This document shows, one piece after another, positions 25,171 to 34,665 of a stretch of 36,353 nt of DNA. This DNA is from Nitrososphaera sp. (GTDB lineage: Archaea > Thermoproteota > Nitrososphaeria > Nitrososphaerales > Nitrososphaeraceae). How positions within the stretch are numbered: position 1 is the first letter of the stretch; each line of letters begins with the position of its first letter. A program made the translations under genes and the position numbers. The stretch spans positions 1 through 36,353 of the forward strand of contig DASTTF010000078.1 of assembly GCA_035760305.1 (NCBI GenBank), written 5' to 3'. The notes under the pieces are model-generated. The model did no database searches. It saw only the letters and a list, made by a program, of their open reading frames with translations, and was not told the DNA's origin.

Positions 25171-26181
25171 TCACTTCGTGAGCCTGATTCTGGCAATCCC
25201 GTTGAGGTATTGGATATACTTTACCACTGGGCTGACGGCCGTGTCGGGCAGCCTAGCAGCCATCTCGTACCTTCTGGAGCCTTTCGCCACTATCCTCACC
25301 TGCCTGCTGTCGGCGTCATAGCTTGCGGTAATATCCGAGGCGTCAGACACGCCGCGCACTTCGGCAATGACCTCGTAATAGTCGGGCCCCTCTATCACCT
25401 CCGGCGCCGCGGGCGCGACGTCCTCGATCCTCGGCCGGGCCTTCCTCGCCATAGGGTTCCTGAACACGGACTTGCCGGCGCCGCCAGCGGCGGGCCCGCC
25501 CTGCTTGTACTTCATGGAATTGGGGAGCGCCCTCCACGCAAGGCCGGTCGCGGCACCCGCGACAAAGCCGCCGATGTGGGCGAGGTACGCGACTCCGCTG
25601 GTGTCGCCTATCAGCGTAAAGATAACCTGCATCACAAACCAGAACGGGATGTAGATGAGCACCGGTATGCGGACGGTGTAGAGGAAGAACGCCATGATCA
25701 CGGTAAAGACCTTTGCCCTTGGGTACATGACCAGGTACGCGCCGAGTATGCCTGAAATAGCGCCGGATGCGCCGACTGCAGGAACGTCTCCCTGCCCTGA
25801 CGAAAGGGCAAAGGCACTGTGGGCAAGGGCCGCCAACGCTCCCCAGCCGATGTAAATGAGGATGTACTTGATCCTGCCGTACCTGTCCTCGATGTTGTCG
25901 CCAAAGACGAACAAAAAGATCATGTTGCCGATGATGTGGGCGACGCCCCCGTGCATGAACATCGAAGTAATGACGGTGGGCGCGCTCGCGGGAAAGTCGT
26001 TGAATATCTTATCAGGGACGGCGCCGTATGTTGTAAATATGTCCTGCATCGCGCGCTCGTCCGAAAAGAAACTTGTGGCCGACGCCTGCCAGATAAAGAC
26101 GACCACGTTGACGGCAATCATGCCGTAGTTCAGGTACGGCCTGCCATGCATGCGCTCTATGTCGTCATGAAGTGGAAACAT
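25171..26181 (-). CDS. Rhomboid intramembrane serine protease with a C-terminal Hsp20/alpha-crystallin-like domain
   Basis: SMFMHGGVAHIIGNM, catalytic Ser in VGASGA and catalytic His in AHIGG. Soluble tail EVIE...YEVIAEVRGV...DI...RRY....LP...YLNGIARIRLTK. Confidence 0.9.
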   Translation of the reverse strand: MFPLHDDIERMHGRPYLNYGMIAVNVVVFIWQASATSFFSDERAMQDIFTTYGAVPDKIFNDFPASAPTVITSMFMHGGVAHIIGNMIFLFVFGDNIEDRYGRIKYILIYIGWGALAALAHSAFALSSGQGDVPAVGASGAISGILGAYLVMYPRAKVFTVIMAFFLYTVRIPVLIYIPFWFVMQVIFTLIGDTSGVAYLAHIGGFVAGAATGLAWRALPNSMKYKQGGPAAGGAGKSVFRNPMARKARPRIEDVAPAAPEVIEGPDYYEVIAEVRGVSDASDITASYDADSRQVRIVAKGSRRYEMAARLPDTAVSPVVKYIQYLNGIARIRLTK

Positions 26182-26226
26182 GGTGCCCGGGTCTACCTGT
26201 AAAAAGAACTGACAAGAAATAAGTCT

Positions 26227-26397
26227 TTACTTGAAGCCAAATGGGTTGACGTTTGGCATGTCGTCACTGCCCTTCTCGCTGTGGGCCTTCCTCACGTGGC
26301 GCTTCATCCTCTCCTTGTCGTCAAAGGTCATGCTGCAGTGCTGGCATTTCCACACCTTTTGCTCGTCGCTGTCGGCTTTTTTCCCAAAGAGGCCCAT
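26227..26397 (-). CDS. Small C2H2 zinc-finger protein (56 aa)
   Basis: WKCQHCSMTFDDKERMKRHVRKAH; ATG at 26397 preceded by AGGTGA. Confidence 0.85.
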   Translation of the reverse strand: MGLFGKKADSDEQKVWKCQHCSMTFDDKERMKRHVRKAHSEKGSDDMPNVNPFGFK

Positions 26398-26527
26398 CGG
26401 GCTTTTAATCACCTGACTGGTTCATTAAAGTTGCGATCCCGAACAAAATGTAGAATGTTGCCATAATAATATACCAGATAAATTTTATAAATGAATTTCT
26501 AGGGAAATTGTTGAAGTAGATTCTCGT

Positions 26528-27805
26528 TTGCAAGCTTCCCTCTCGATAGCCAGCCGCAAGTGGTCGTGGTACCTTTTGCCATTGAACGCGAGCTCGACAG
26601 GGCTGTCGACTATAATCCCGATCTACGTGCTGGCCCTCGGGGGCTCTGTCAGGGAAGTCGCGATAGCTATGTTCCTTTCAAACCTGGCGGTGACGCTCGG
26701 CGCGATTTTCTGGGGCAAGCTGATAGACGCGATGCACTGGCGCAGGACCATAATCACAATCTGTTCAGCCGCGATCGCAATCACGTGCGCGTCAATGTTT
26801 TTCGTCTCGAGCATCCCTATCCTCATGCTCCTGTCAGCTCTGGTAGGGTTCTTTTCCGTCGGGCCGGCCCCTGTGACTAACCTGCTCGTCATGGAAAAGT
26901 CACGGAAGGAGGACTGGCTCAAGACGTTCAGCTGGACGACGCTCATCAGCTCGGCCGGCCTTGTCATCGCGATGGTGACCGGCTACCTCTGGCTCATGCA
27001 GTACGACGCGCAGTCGTACGCGGTCATTTGCTCTGCGATCGCGGTTTCGTCGCTTGCCCTGACCATGATGCTTGTAAAGGACCCTCCGGCGACGCTTGAG
27101 CGAAAAGCGATCGCAATGTCGCCTGCCGCCCTTGTCGATCGGCTAAAGCAGGTGCCGGTGATGTTCCTAAAGCCTGTATCAGATCTGTCGCTTTCAAAAC
27201 TGCGTTCAAGCATGTCGAGAAAAGAGTTCCTGTTCTTTGCCGGCACGGGCCTGTACTTTCTGTCCGGCAACCTGATGTTCACGCCCTATACCCCGTTCCT
27301 GAAGGACAGCGGGGTCACCGACTCGCAGGTGTTCCTTGCGTACACGATACTGCACCTCTCAAAGGTCTTTTTCCTCCCCTTCAACCACCAGCTGGTCGCG
27401 AGGGGCGGCGAGGAGAAGATGGGCCGGCTCGCCTACGTCCCGAGGATGTTTGGAATCGCGCTTGCGGCAGCGGCAGCGCTCCTCTTTGCCAGCAACCCCG
27501 CTTCGATACTTATGGCTACTCTGGCCGCGTTTGTCGCAGTCGAAGTCGGCTTTAGCATATGGAGCACCACTACGACGTCGTCGCTTCTCAAGATGATCCC
27601 GGACGGCAGGGCGGGGAGCGTGCTCGGGGTCAACAGCGCGATAATCGGGGCCGGGCTCTTGATAGGGTCGATAGCAGCCGGCGAAGTCGCGGCGACGTTT
27701 GGCTACGGAGTCACGTTCGCGCTTGCGATAGCGTTCCTCGGCGCGTCGTTTGCGCTGGTAAGCAAGTACTTCCGCAAGGTGGTAGTGCTAAAAGCCGCAG
27801 CCTGA
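26528..27805 (+). CDS. MFS transporter
   Basis: About 12 TM helices, motif-A-like WGKLIDAMHWRR and IPDGRAGSVLG. Confidence 0.9.
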   Translation: MQASLSIASRKWSWYLLPLNASSTGLSTIIPIYVLALGGSVREVAIAMFLSNLAVTLGAIFWGKLIDAMHWRRTIITICSAAIAITCASMFFVSSIPILMLLSALVGFFSVGPAPVTNLLVMEKSRKEDWLKTFSWTTLISSAGLVIAMVTGYLWLMQYDAQSYAVICSAIAVSSLALTMMLVKDPPATLERKAIAMSPAALVDRLKQVPVMFLKPVSDLSLSKLRSSMSRKEFLFFAGTGLYFLSGNLMFTPYTPFLKDSGVTDSQVFLAYTILHLSKVFFLPFNHQLVARGGEEKMGRLAYVPRMFGIALAAAAALLFASNPASILMATLAAFVAVEVGFSIWSTTTTSSLLKMIPDGRAGSVLGVNSAIIGAGLLIGSIAAGEVAATFGYGVTFALAIAFLGASFALVSKYFRKVVVLKAAA

Positions 27806-28036
27806 TTATTCCATAACGATCATTGTCAGCGTGGATTTTACGCCGTTGAGCTTGCGCAGCTTCCACGTGATCGTTTCCTTCACCTTCTCCATCGTATCGG
27901 CTTCGACCTGCGCCACAATGTCGTAAACGCCGTAAACCTGATAGACTTCCTTGACGCTGTCAAGTTTCCTCAGATCATTAACAAGGGTATCTTCGCTTCC
28001 AAGCTCGGCATTCATGAGAACAAAGGCTTTTGGCAT
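27806..28036 (-). CDS. Lrp/AsnC ligand-binding-domain-only protein (demi-FFRP)
   Basis: AFVLMNAELGSE...VYGVYDIVAQV...VKSTLTMIV. Confidence 0.92.
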   Translation of the reverse strand: MPKAFVLMNAELGSEDTLVNDLRKLDSVKEVYQVYGVYDIVAQVEADTMEKVKETITWKLRKLNGVKSTLTMIVME

Positions 28037-28075
28037 ATGCCTGCTTTATGCTAGTCTGGCGTATAAAAACGTGTT

Positions 28076-28888
28076 CTACACTTCATGCTTTAGCTTGGCT
28101 TCGTCAAACTGGCCGGCCTTTTCCCACTGGTAGCTGAACAGGTCGGTGCACCATTCGAGGAATTCCCTATCCTCGCCGTAAAACATCACGTTGAGGTCCG
28201 GCTCGCCCTTCATGTTGGGGAAGAGCACGCAGCCCTGCTTTTCGTTAAAGATCGTCATCACCTTTACTTCCGGCAGCATCCTGCGCTCGACCAGCCCCTT
28301 GCTGATGAAGTTGCGCCAGCCCACCTTTTGCAGCAATTGTATCCTGCCCTTTGGCACCACAGAGTTGCTCGCAAAAATGTACGAGAATTTCACGCCGCTC
28401 TCCACCCTGCCGCTTACAGTCTCGATCAGATCGAGCGGCACCTGCGCCATTATCTCCCTGATGTATCTTTCAGACTCGGAGTAGAGGTTCTTCCAGCGCT
28501 GCAGGATTGCCATTACGCCGTGCACTATCTTGCAGCCCTGAAAAGCGCCCATCCTCTGTATGAACTTTGGCGGGAGGTCGCCGAGGCTGTGGTCTAGGAA
28601 AAACTCTCTGTTGCGGTACAGGAATTCATAGCTCGGGATTATCGCGACGACCGTCCTGCCGTAGGCGGTCAGCACCAGCCCGCCCTCCTTGTCCTTGGCG
28701 ACGAGCCCCGAGTCGACAAGGCGCGTCATGTTGCGGTGGGCCTCCTGCATCGTGGCCTCTAGCTCTGACGAAAGCTGGGAGAGCCTGTAGTTTTTCTGGC
28801 TCAGTTTTGTCAGCATCGAGAGGCGGAGGTCGCCGGCAAGCTCGAAGAATAAGGACCCAACTCCCTCGTTAGGCTGCTGATCGGGCAT
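28076..28888 (-). CDS. Archaeal ArsR-like wHTH regulator with a DUF1724-like C-terminal domain
   Basis: FFELAGDLRLSML...QEAHRNMTRLVDSGLV...LTAYG, FFLDHSLGDLP, and FLEWCTDLFSYQW. Start 28888 or 28909. Confidence 0.85.
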   Translation of the reverse strand: MPDQQPNEGVGSLFFELAGDLRLSMLTKLSQKNYRLSQLSSELEATMQEAHRNMTRLVDSGLVAKDKEGGLVLTAYGRTVVAIIPSYEFLYRNREFFLDHSLGDLPPKFIQRMGAFQGCKIVHGVMAILQRWKNLYSESERYIREIMAQVPLDLIETVSGRVESGVKFSYIFASNSVVPKGRIQLLQKVGWRNFISKGLVERRMLPEVKVMTIFNEKQGCVLFPNMKGEPDLNVMFYGEDREFLEWCTDLFSYQWEKAGQFDEAKLKHEV

Positions 28889-28992
28889 CCGGGCACTTAC
28901 ATGCCGCACGGGTTTAAAAACATGTCAAGCACGGCGGAGAGGCTTTACAAGAGCAAGAATTATAATTTGGGTAAATCCACTGCTTGGCTATC

Positions 28993-29475
28993 ATGGGAGA
29001 CAAGAAAACCATTTCTGCGCTGGTAAGCGGCGGAGAAGCCAATGCAGGGCCGCCTCTGGGTCCGGCGCTGGGCCCGATGGGCGTAAACGTGCTGCAGGTT
29101 GTAAATACCATTAATGAAAAGACCAAGGATTTTCCGGGCATGAAGGTGCCAGTAAAGGTCGAGGTCGACTCTGAGACCAAAAAGTTCACGATAGAAGTGG
29201 GCATACCGCCGACTGCCGCGCTGGTGTGCAAGGAAGCTGGTATAACAAAGGGCTCTGGAACAGCCGGCACAAACTATGCCGGCGACCTGACTATGGCCAG
29301 TGCGGTGAAAATAGCCAAGATGAAGATCGACGGCTCGTACGCCTTTGACGTAAGGGGCGCCGTCAGGGAAGTCATTGGCTCGTGCGTAAGCCTGGGGGTA
29401 AAGGTCGAAGGCAAGCCCGCCAAAGAAGTCTTTGCGGACATTCAGGCAGGCAAGTACGACGACGTCCTGAAGTAA
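28993..29475 (+). CDS. rpl11: 50S ribosomal protein L11 (uL11)
   Basis: GGEANAGPPLGPALGPMGVN, PPTAAL and GSCVSLGV. Confidence 0.97.
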   Translation: MGDKKTISALVSGGEANAGPPLGPALGPMGVNVLQVVNTINEKTKDFPGMKVPVKVEVDSETKKFTIEVGIPPTAALVCKEAGITKGSGTAGTNYAGDLTMASAVKIAKMKIDGSYAFDVRGAVREVIGSCVSLGVKVEGKPAKEVFADIQAGKYDDVLK

Positions 29476-29596
29476 CTATTTTTCAGGCGCCGCCCTTCCG
29501 TTTTCGCCAATAGCATAAAGCAGCAACCACCATCCAATTTTAACTGATAGAAATCATAATAACCGTGAATAATCCTCTATAACAATAGCGTATTAC

Positions 29597-32500
29597 ATGC
29601 TTCGCAGCGCTTTTTACCTAGCCTTGCTGTTGCTGATAGCCGCTTCGGCACTGGCAGCGCCGGCGTATTCCCTGACCGTCAAGGAGTCAGGCCCGCTCAA
29701 GGGATTTTCACATTCGCTGCCTGCCATGCACGACGCGATAACCGTCAACGGCCTTTCGGTGGACAGGAGCGCGATCAAGACCGACTTTGGCGCCATCGAC
29801 CTTGGCGAAATGAAATACAACGGCAACCCCGGCAGGACGCTCGTCTACGGCTCCGGCAACGTGGCGGCTCTCGGCAGCAGCGCGCACGTGGTCGGCCTTG
29901 GCGGGTCGATGGAGAGCGGCCAGCCCCTCCTGGGCGTGGCGGTGTCCGACTCCCCGCTTCCTTCCAGCCTCGGGTTTTCGTACGCGGCCGACTCGCCCCT
30001 GCAGTTTGACTTTGACAGAGATCAGGCAAGCGACCCCGGCAGGCTCTCAGGCTCTTCGATAATCGGCTCGGACAGGGTCGCCGACGAGTACGGAATCACC
30101 GGCGACGGCGTGACGGTTGCCATAGTGGACACCGGCACCGACTTTTCAAACCCCGACATACAGCATGCGCTTGCAAGGGACGAAAACGGCGTCCCGATAA
30201 TGCTGGACGCAGACGGCCAGGGGATCGTGCTTACAAGGGCGACTTATATCGCCAAGATCGACGGCTTGGGCAGGGTTGTTGACGGCGGCTATACAGAAGA
30301 CAACCTGCCGGAGAACATCACGTCCTGGGTCTATGTCAACGATACCGGCACCGTCCTGCTCAACACGTCGTTCGGCGACATACCGACATACAACTCGCTC
30401 TACCCGCTGCTCGCCACCCCGGTCGTCAACGCAACGGCAAGGGTCGACTGGATAATTGGGCACAGCCCGGGCGATTATATCCGCTCGGCAAGCGGGATCT
30501 ACCGCTTTGGAATAATATACCAGATCCAGCAGCAGTTTGGGACGATCACTTTTGGGCTCGTGCCTGTGTTGGTGGTGGACAGCGAGGAGCCCGGCGTGTA
30601 CGACACGATAATTCCGGACATGCATTCCGGCTGGTATTTCTACGCGCAGAACGAGCTCGCGCGACTGGTGGCAAGGAGCAGCGAGATAGAGCACCTGTTC
30701 ATCGAGCCCTCGTACGACTTTACAGACGACGTCCCGATCAGGCTCGGCGACGGAAACGAGTTCCTGACTTACGACTACGACGGCGACGGCTTTCCCGACT
30801 TTAGCGCCGGGACTGCCGGCGCAAGGGTGGTTGACCTGTGGCAGGTGGCGACCAACGCGACCGAGCCCGCGTTAGGAGAGGAGACCGGATACGGCGGGGT
30901 GGTGGTGGCGGACCTGCTCGAGCCGCTCGACCCGGCTGGCGATTATTTCGGAGTGATGTACGACCTGGCGGGGCACGGCACCGGCACCGCCGCCACGGTG
31001 GTTTCAAGGGGCGAGCAGGAATACGACATCTACGCCAACGGCACGAAATATTCGCTCGCCGGCATTGCACCGGGCGCAAAGATAATCCCGGTCAAGGCGC
31101 TCTGGGCAGGCGACTCGCTTTACGGCTGGCTCTACGCGTCGGGCTTTGACCTCGTCAACGGCACCTGGACCTACAGCGGCGACCACAAGGCCGACATCGT
31201 CAGCAACAGCTGGGGCGTGGCTTCGTTCCCGCTCCTGCAGTACGGGCCGGGGTACGACATACTGTCCGTGCTCTCGTCGCTCCTGGTGGTGCCCGGCCTG
31301 CTCAACGAGGACTATCCCGGCACGCTGTTCGTGAACAGCCTTGGCAACAACGGCCTCGGCTACGGGTCGGTGGGTACGCCCAACTCTTCGCCTCTTTCGA
31401 TCTCTGTCGGGGCCACGACCAACAACGTGCACGTCGGCTACAGCAGCTTCCAGAACGTCACCCGCTTTGGCAATGCCGTGACTTACTATGACGACGTGGC
31501 GGACTTTTCCAGCAGGGGCCCGGGGCTGTTTGGCGACCCCAAGCCGGAGCTGATGGCAATCGGGTCGTATGCGTTTACGCCGGCAATCGTGAACCTGAAA
31601 AACCTTGGGACGACGGCCGACGACTCTAACAGCGACGACGCGTTCGCGCTCTTTGGCGGCACGAGCATGGCCGCGCCGATGGTGGCCGGGGCGGCGGCGC
31701 TCGTGATCGAAGACCTCCGCACGCAGGGCATAGAGCCAGACCCGTTTGAAGTCAAGACGATACTGATGTCATCCGCGGTGGACCTGAAGAACGACCCGTT
31801 CGTGCAGGGCGCCGGCAGGGTCGACGCGCTGGCCGCAGTCGGCCTTGCAGAGGGCGAGGGCGGCCTTTCCACATACACCGAAGACACGGTTCCAAACGTC
31901 CTGTCCGTCATGTCCGGCGCAATCAACTCTTACAACAACGCGCTCGGCATAATCGAGGGCGGGCAGGACGTCGGAGAGAGGTTGGACGCGAAATTCAGGG
32001 ATTCCCGGTGGTTCGCCGGCCACGTCGGGCAGGGCGAGTCTGCCTCGACGGAAATCGTGATCGAGAACCCGTCGGATAAAGGCGTTGAAGTGGAGATCAC
32101 CGCCGCGATAGAAAAGCTCGTTGCAAGGTACGAGATACGCAACGCGACACGCCCGTTTGAAACGGATCCCGTGCACGACTCGGAAGAATTCGACTACGTT
32201 CCAAACTACTACGACATTGACGAAATGGGTGGTATACCGGACGGCGCGGACCTGATGGTCGCAAGGGCCACCTTCCCGTTTGAAAGCTTCATGAACGCGA
32301 CCGAAGTCTACGCCGACCACCTGCGCATAGCTTCCCTCTACGCCTACGACTGGGCAGACGGCGACGGCGACGGGGAGGTGTCGTACACCGAGACCTCGAT
32401 GGTAAACAGGGGCGGCTCGTGGGGCACGGTGCAGGAGCTCAGGATATCTGACCCTGCCGAAAAATTCGAAAACACTCCGCTGCTGGGCGTCTACCCAGTC

Positions 32501-34252
32501 CCGGCGGTGTTCTCGTTCTGGCAGGGCGACAGGGGGATAAACTCGACTGCGATGAACTATACGCTCACGATCGAGTTTTACGAGAGGCAGCCAAACCCCG
32601 CGATAACGCTTGACAGGGCAGAAGGCGGCAAGGTGTCGCTGGCGCTCGATCCAAACGGCAAGGAGGAAATCACCGCGACGATCGACGTCGCCAGGGAAAC
32701 GCTTCCGGGCATTTACTATGGCTTGATACTGGTAGAGCGCGCAGGCCAGGACAGCGCGACGGTCATGCCGGTGAGCTATGTGGTCACCAGCAGCCCCGTG
32801 CCAAAGGACGTGCCGGTGGTGGCCGTGCCAGATCCGCAGGCGGGCGAGCGGGACCTCGGCCTGCGGCCAAACGGCTACGTGGGCGGCCTGTTCGACATGA
32901 CTTCGAGGTACTCCGCCGGCGACTGGAGGTCGTACTATTTCGCGGTCGAGGACAGCACAATCACTTCAATGGCCCTGAGAATATCGTGGCCGCACAACTC
33001 TACCAGCATCAGCGCGATGGCCTTTGGGCCTGACGGCCGGATGGTGGCGTCAAGCGTGCCGTCAGGCGTGTTCCAGATCTTTTCCGGGTGGCCCAGCAAC
33101 GACTGGCTCGGCACCACTTCGTTTAGCGAGGGGGGCGCGTTCTACTTTAGCCAGAACGCCGGCGAAAACGCGACGGTCATGCACGTCCCGGTGAACGGCA
33201 CGGGCGTCTACTCAGTCCTCCTTCACAACACCGTCTTCCACGGAAACAGCCTGTACGAGCCGGTGCAGGTGGAGGCAAAGTTCTCCACGCTGCTGCCCGA
33301 CGACGACGCCCCGGCGATAAGCATAAACCTGCCGAAATACGTCGGGGAGAACAAGGAGCACAGCATCTCTGTCGCCATTACCGAGAAGAACCTTGCCGGC
33401 TACAGGTACACGATAGACGGCGGCGAGCCTGTCAGCCCCTACTTTGTCAACGGGACCTTTGACATAACGATAGACGCGCGCTCGCTCGCAGAAGGGGCGC
33501 ACACGCTCAACATAGACGTGTCAGACCTGGTGGGCCATACCACATCGTTCCAGTCCGCGTTTGAAGTCGACAACACTCCGCCATCTATCGAGATCTTTGT
33601 ACAGGATTCAAGCGGCAACTTGCAAAAAGTGAAGGGAAGCAAGATCGGAATATCAGAGACTTCTGATGTTTTATGGAACATCACCGACAAGAATGGAGTC
33701 ATAGAGGCTGATGGCATACATTTTCCATTTTTTGGTAATGACACTGCACGAATAGTGCCAAGCCTGTCATCCTCGATGACTATCAACCCGGCGGTTCAGC
33801 TTGAAGGCACCCAGCAGTATTCAATCGAAGGAAAAGACACGTCAGGAAATCATGCCACGCGCGACATCGAAGTCATTGTTGATACCATAAAGCCTACTCC
33901 GTCTGTCTCATTTTCCAATGCAAACCCTCAGGATCTTAGGGGATCAGCGACAGTAGTGCTTGAAGCCGGCGATTCAAACATTCAGAGCATGCTCTTGCAG
34001 ATGGGCGACAGGAAGAGCATGAACGTCACGGGAATGTCCGAATACAAGCTGGACACGACAGAGATTCCTGACGGCAATTATGACCTAAGGCTCGTCGCGA
34101 CAGACATTGCGGGCAACGAAGCGACAATCGTCATGCCAATAGTGGTCGCGAACAACGCGCCCCAGATAACGTTCGCAATCATTGCCGGCCTTGCGGCCGG
34201 AGGCGGGATTGCGAGCGTGGCGTGGTTCGTCTTTGCAAGGCGCCGGGCGTAA
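29597..34252 (+). CDS. Large membrane-anchored S8 (subtilisin-like) serine peptidase with C-terminal Ig-like domains
   Basis: Signal peptide; catalytic triad AIVDTG, GHGT and GTSMAAP; SNSWG, FSSRGP and QGAGRVDA; Ig-like repeats ending VDNTPP/VDTIKP; C-terminal TM followed by RRR. Confidence 0.93.
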   Translation: MLRSAFYLALLLLIAASALAAPAYSLTVKESGPLKGFSHSLPAMHDAITVNGLSVDRSAIKTDFGAIDLGEMKYNGNPGRTLVYGSGNVAALGSSAHVVGLGGSMESGQPLLGVAVSDSPLPSSLGFSYAADSPLQFDFDRDQASDPGRLSGSSIIGSDRVADEYGITGDGVTVAIVDTGTDFSNPDIQHALARDENGVPIMLDADGQGIVLTRATYIAKIDGLGRVVDGGYTEDNLPENITSWVYVNDTGTVLLNTSFGDIPTYNSLYPLLATPVVNATARVDWIIGHSPGDYIRSASGIYRFGIIYQIQQQFGTITFGLVPVLVVDSEEPGVYDTIIPDMHSGWYFYAQNELARLVARSSEIEHLFIEPSYDFTDDVPIRLGDGNEFLTYDYDGDGFPDFSAGTAGARVVDLWQVATNATEPALGEETGYGGVVVADLLEPLDPAGDYFGVMYDLAGHGTGTAATVVSRGEQEYDIYANGTKYSLAGIAPGAKIIPVKALWAGDSLYGWLYASGFDLVNGTWTYSGDHKADIVSNSWGVASFPLLQYGPGYDILSVLSSLLVVPGLLNEDYPGTLFVNSLGNNGLGYGSVGTPNSSPLSISVGATTNNVHVGYSSFQNVTRFGNAVTYYDDVADFSSRGPGLFGDPKPELMAIGSYAFTPAIVNLKNLGTTADDSNSDDAFALFGGTSMAAPMVAGAAALVIEDLRTQGIEPDPFEVKTILMSSAVDLKNDPFVQGAGRVDALAAVGLAEGEGGLSTYTEDTVPNVLSVMSGAINSYNNALGIIEGGQDVGERLDAKFRDSRWFAGHVGQGESASTEIVIENPSDKGVEVEITAAIEKLVARYEIRNATRPFETDPVHDSEEFDYVPNYYDIDEMGGIPDGADLMVARATFPFESFMNATEVYADHLRIASLYAYDWADGDGDGEVSYTETSMVNRGGSWGTVQELRISDPAEKFENTPLLGVYPVPAVFSFWQGDRGINSTAMNYTLTIEFYERQPNPAITLDRAEGGKVSLALDPNGKEEITATIDVARETLPGIYYGLILVERAGQDSATVMPVSYVVTSSPVPKDVPVVAVPDPQAGERDLGLRPNGYVGGLFDMTSRYSAGDWRSYYFAVEDSTITSMALRISWPHNSTSISAMAFGPDGRMVASSVPSGVFQIFSGWPSNDWLGTTSFSEGGAFYFSQNAGENATVMHVPVNGTGVYSVLLHNTVFHGNSLYEPVQVEAKFSTLLPDDDAPAISINLPKYVGENKEHSISVAITEKNLAGYRYTIDGGEPVSPYFVNGTFDITIDARSLAEGAHTLNIDVSDLVGHTTSFQSAFEVDNTPPSIEIFVQDSSGNLQKVKGSKIGISETSDVLWNITDKNGVIEADGIHFPFFGNDTARIVPSLSSSMTINPAVQLEGTQQYSIEGKDTSGNHATRDIEVIVDTIKPTPSVSFSNANPQDLRGSATVVLEAGDSNIQSMLLQMGDRKSMNVTGMSEYKLDTTEIPDGNYDLRLVATDIAGNEATIVMPIVVANNAPQITFAIIAGLAAGGGIASVAWFVFARRRA

Positions 34253-34305
34253 AGGCAGGCGGCCAACCAATAAATCTTAAATACTAAATAGCTCATTTTT
34301 ACAGT

Positions 34306-34665
34306 GTGAGTGAGGACAAGAAGACGGCAAGCATGCACGCCGCCAGCAGCAACCTGGTCGAACTCGGAGAAAAGAACTTTGACGAAGTGGCAGGAGGCAG
34401 CAAGCCGGTCCTGGTGGACTTTTGGGCGACATGGTGCGGCCCGTGCCAGTTCATGCTCCCGATATTTGACAAGCTGGCCAAGAAATACGGCAGCAAGGTC
34501 ACGTTTGGCAGGCTGAACGTGGACGACAACCAGGGAGTCGCGATGCGCTACGACGTCTACGCCATCCCGACGTTCATTGTGTTCATGAACGGCAAGGCTG
34601 TCGATCGGGCAGTCGGCGCTGTCGGCGAAAAGGGCCTGGAAGGCCTGCTGCAAAAATACCAGTGA
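34306..34665 (+). CDS. trxA: Thioredoxin
   Basis: LVDFWATWCGPC, IPTF and AVGA. Confidence 0.95.
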   Translation: MSEDKKTASMHAASSNLVELGEKNFDEVAGGSKPVLVDFWATWCGPCQFMLPIFDKLAKKYGSKVTFGRLNVDDNQGVAMRYDVYAIPTFIVFMNGKAVDRAVGAVGEKGLEGLLQKYQ

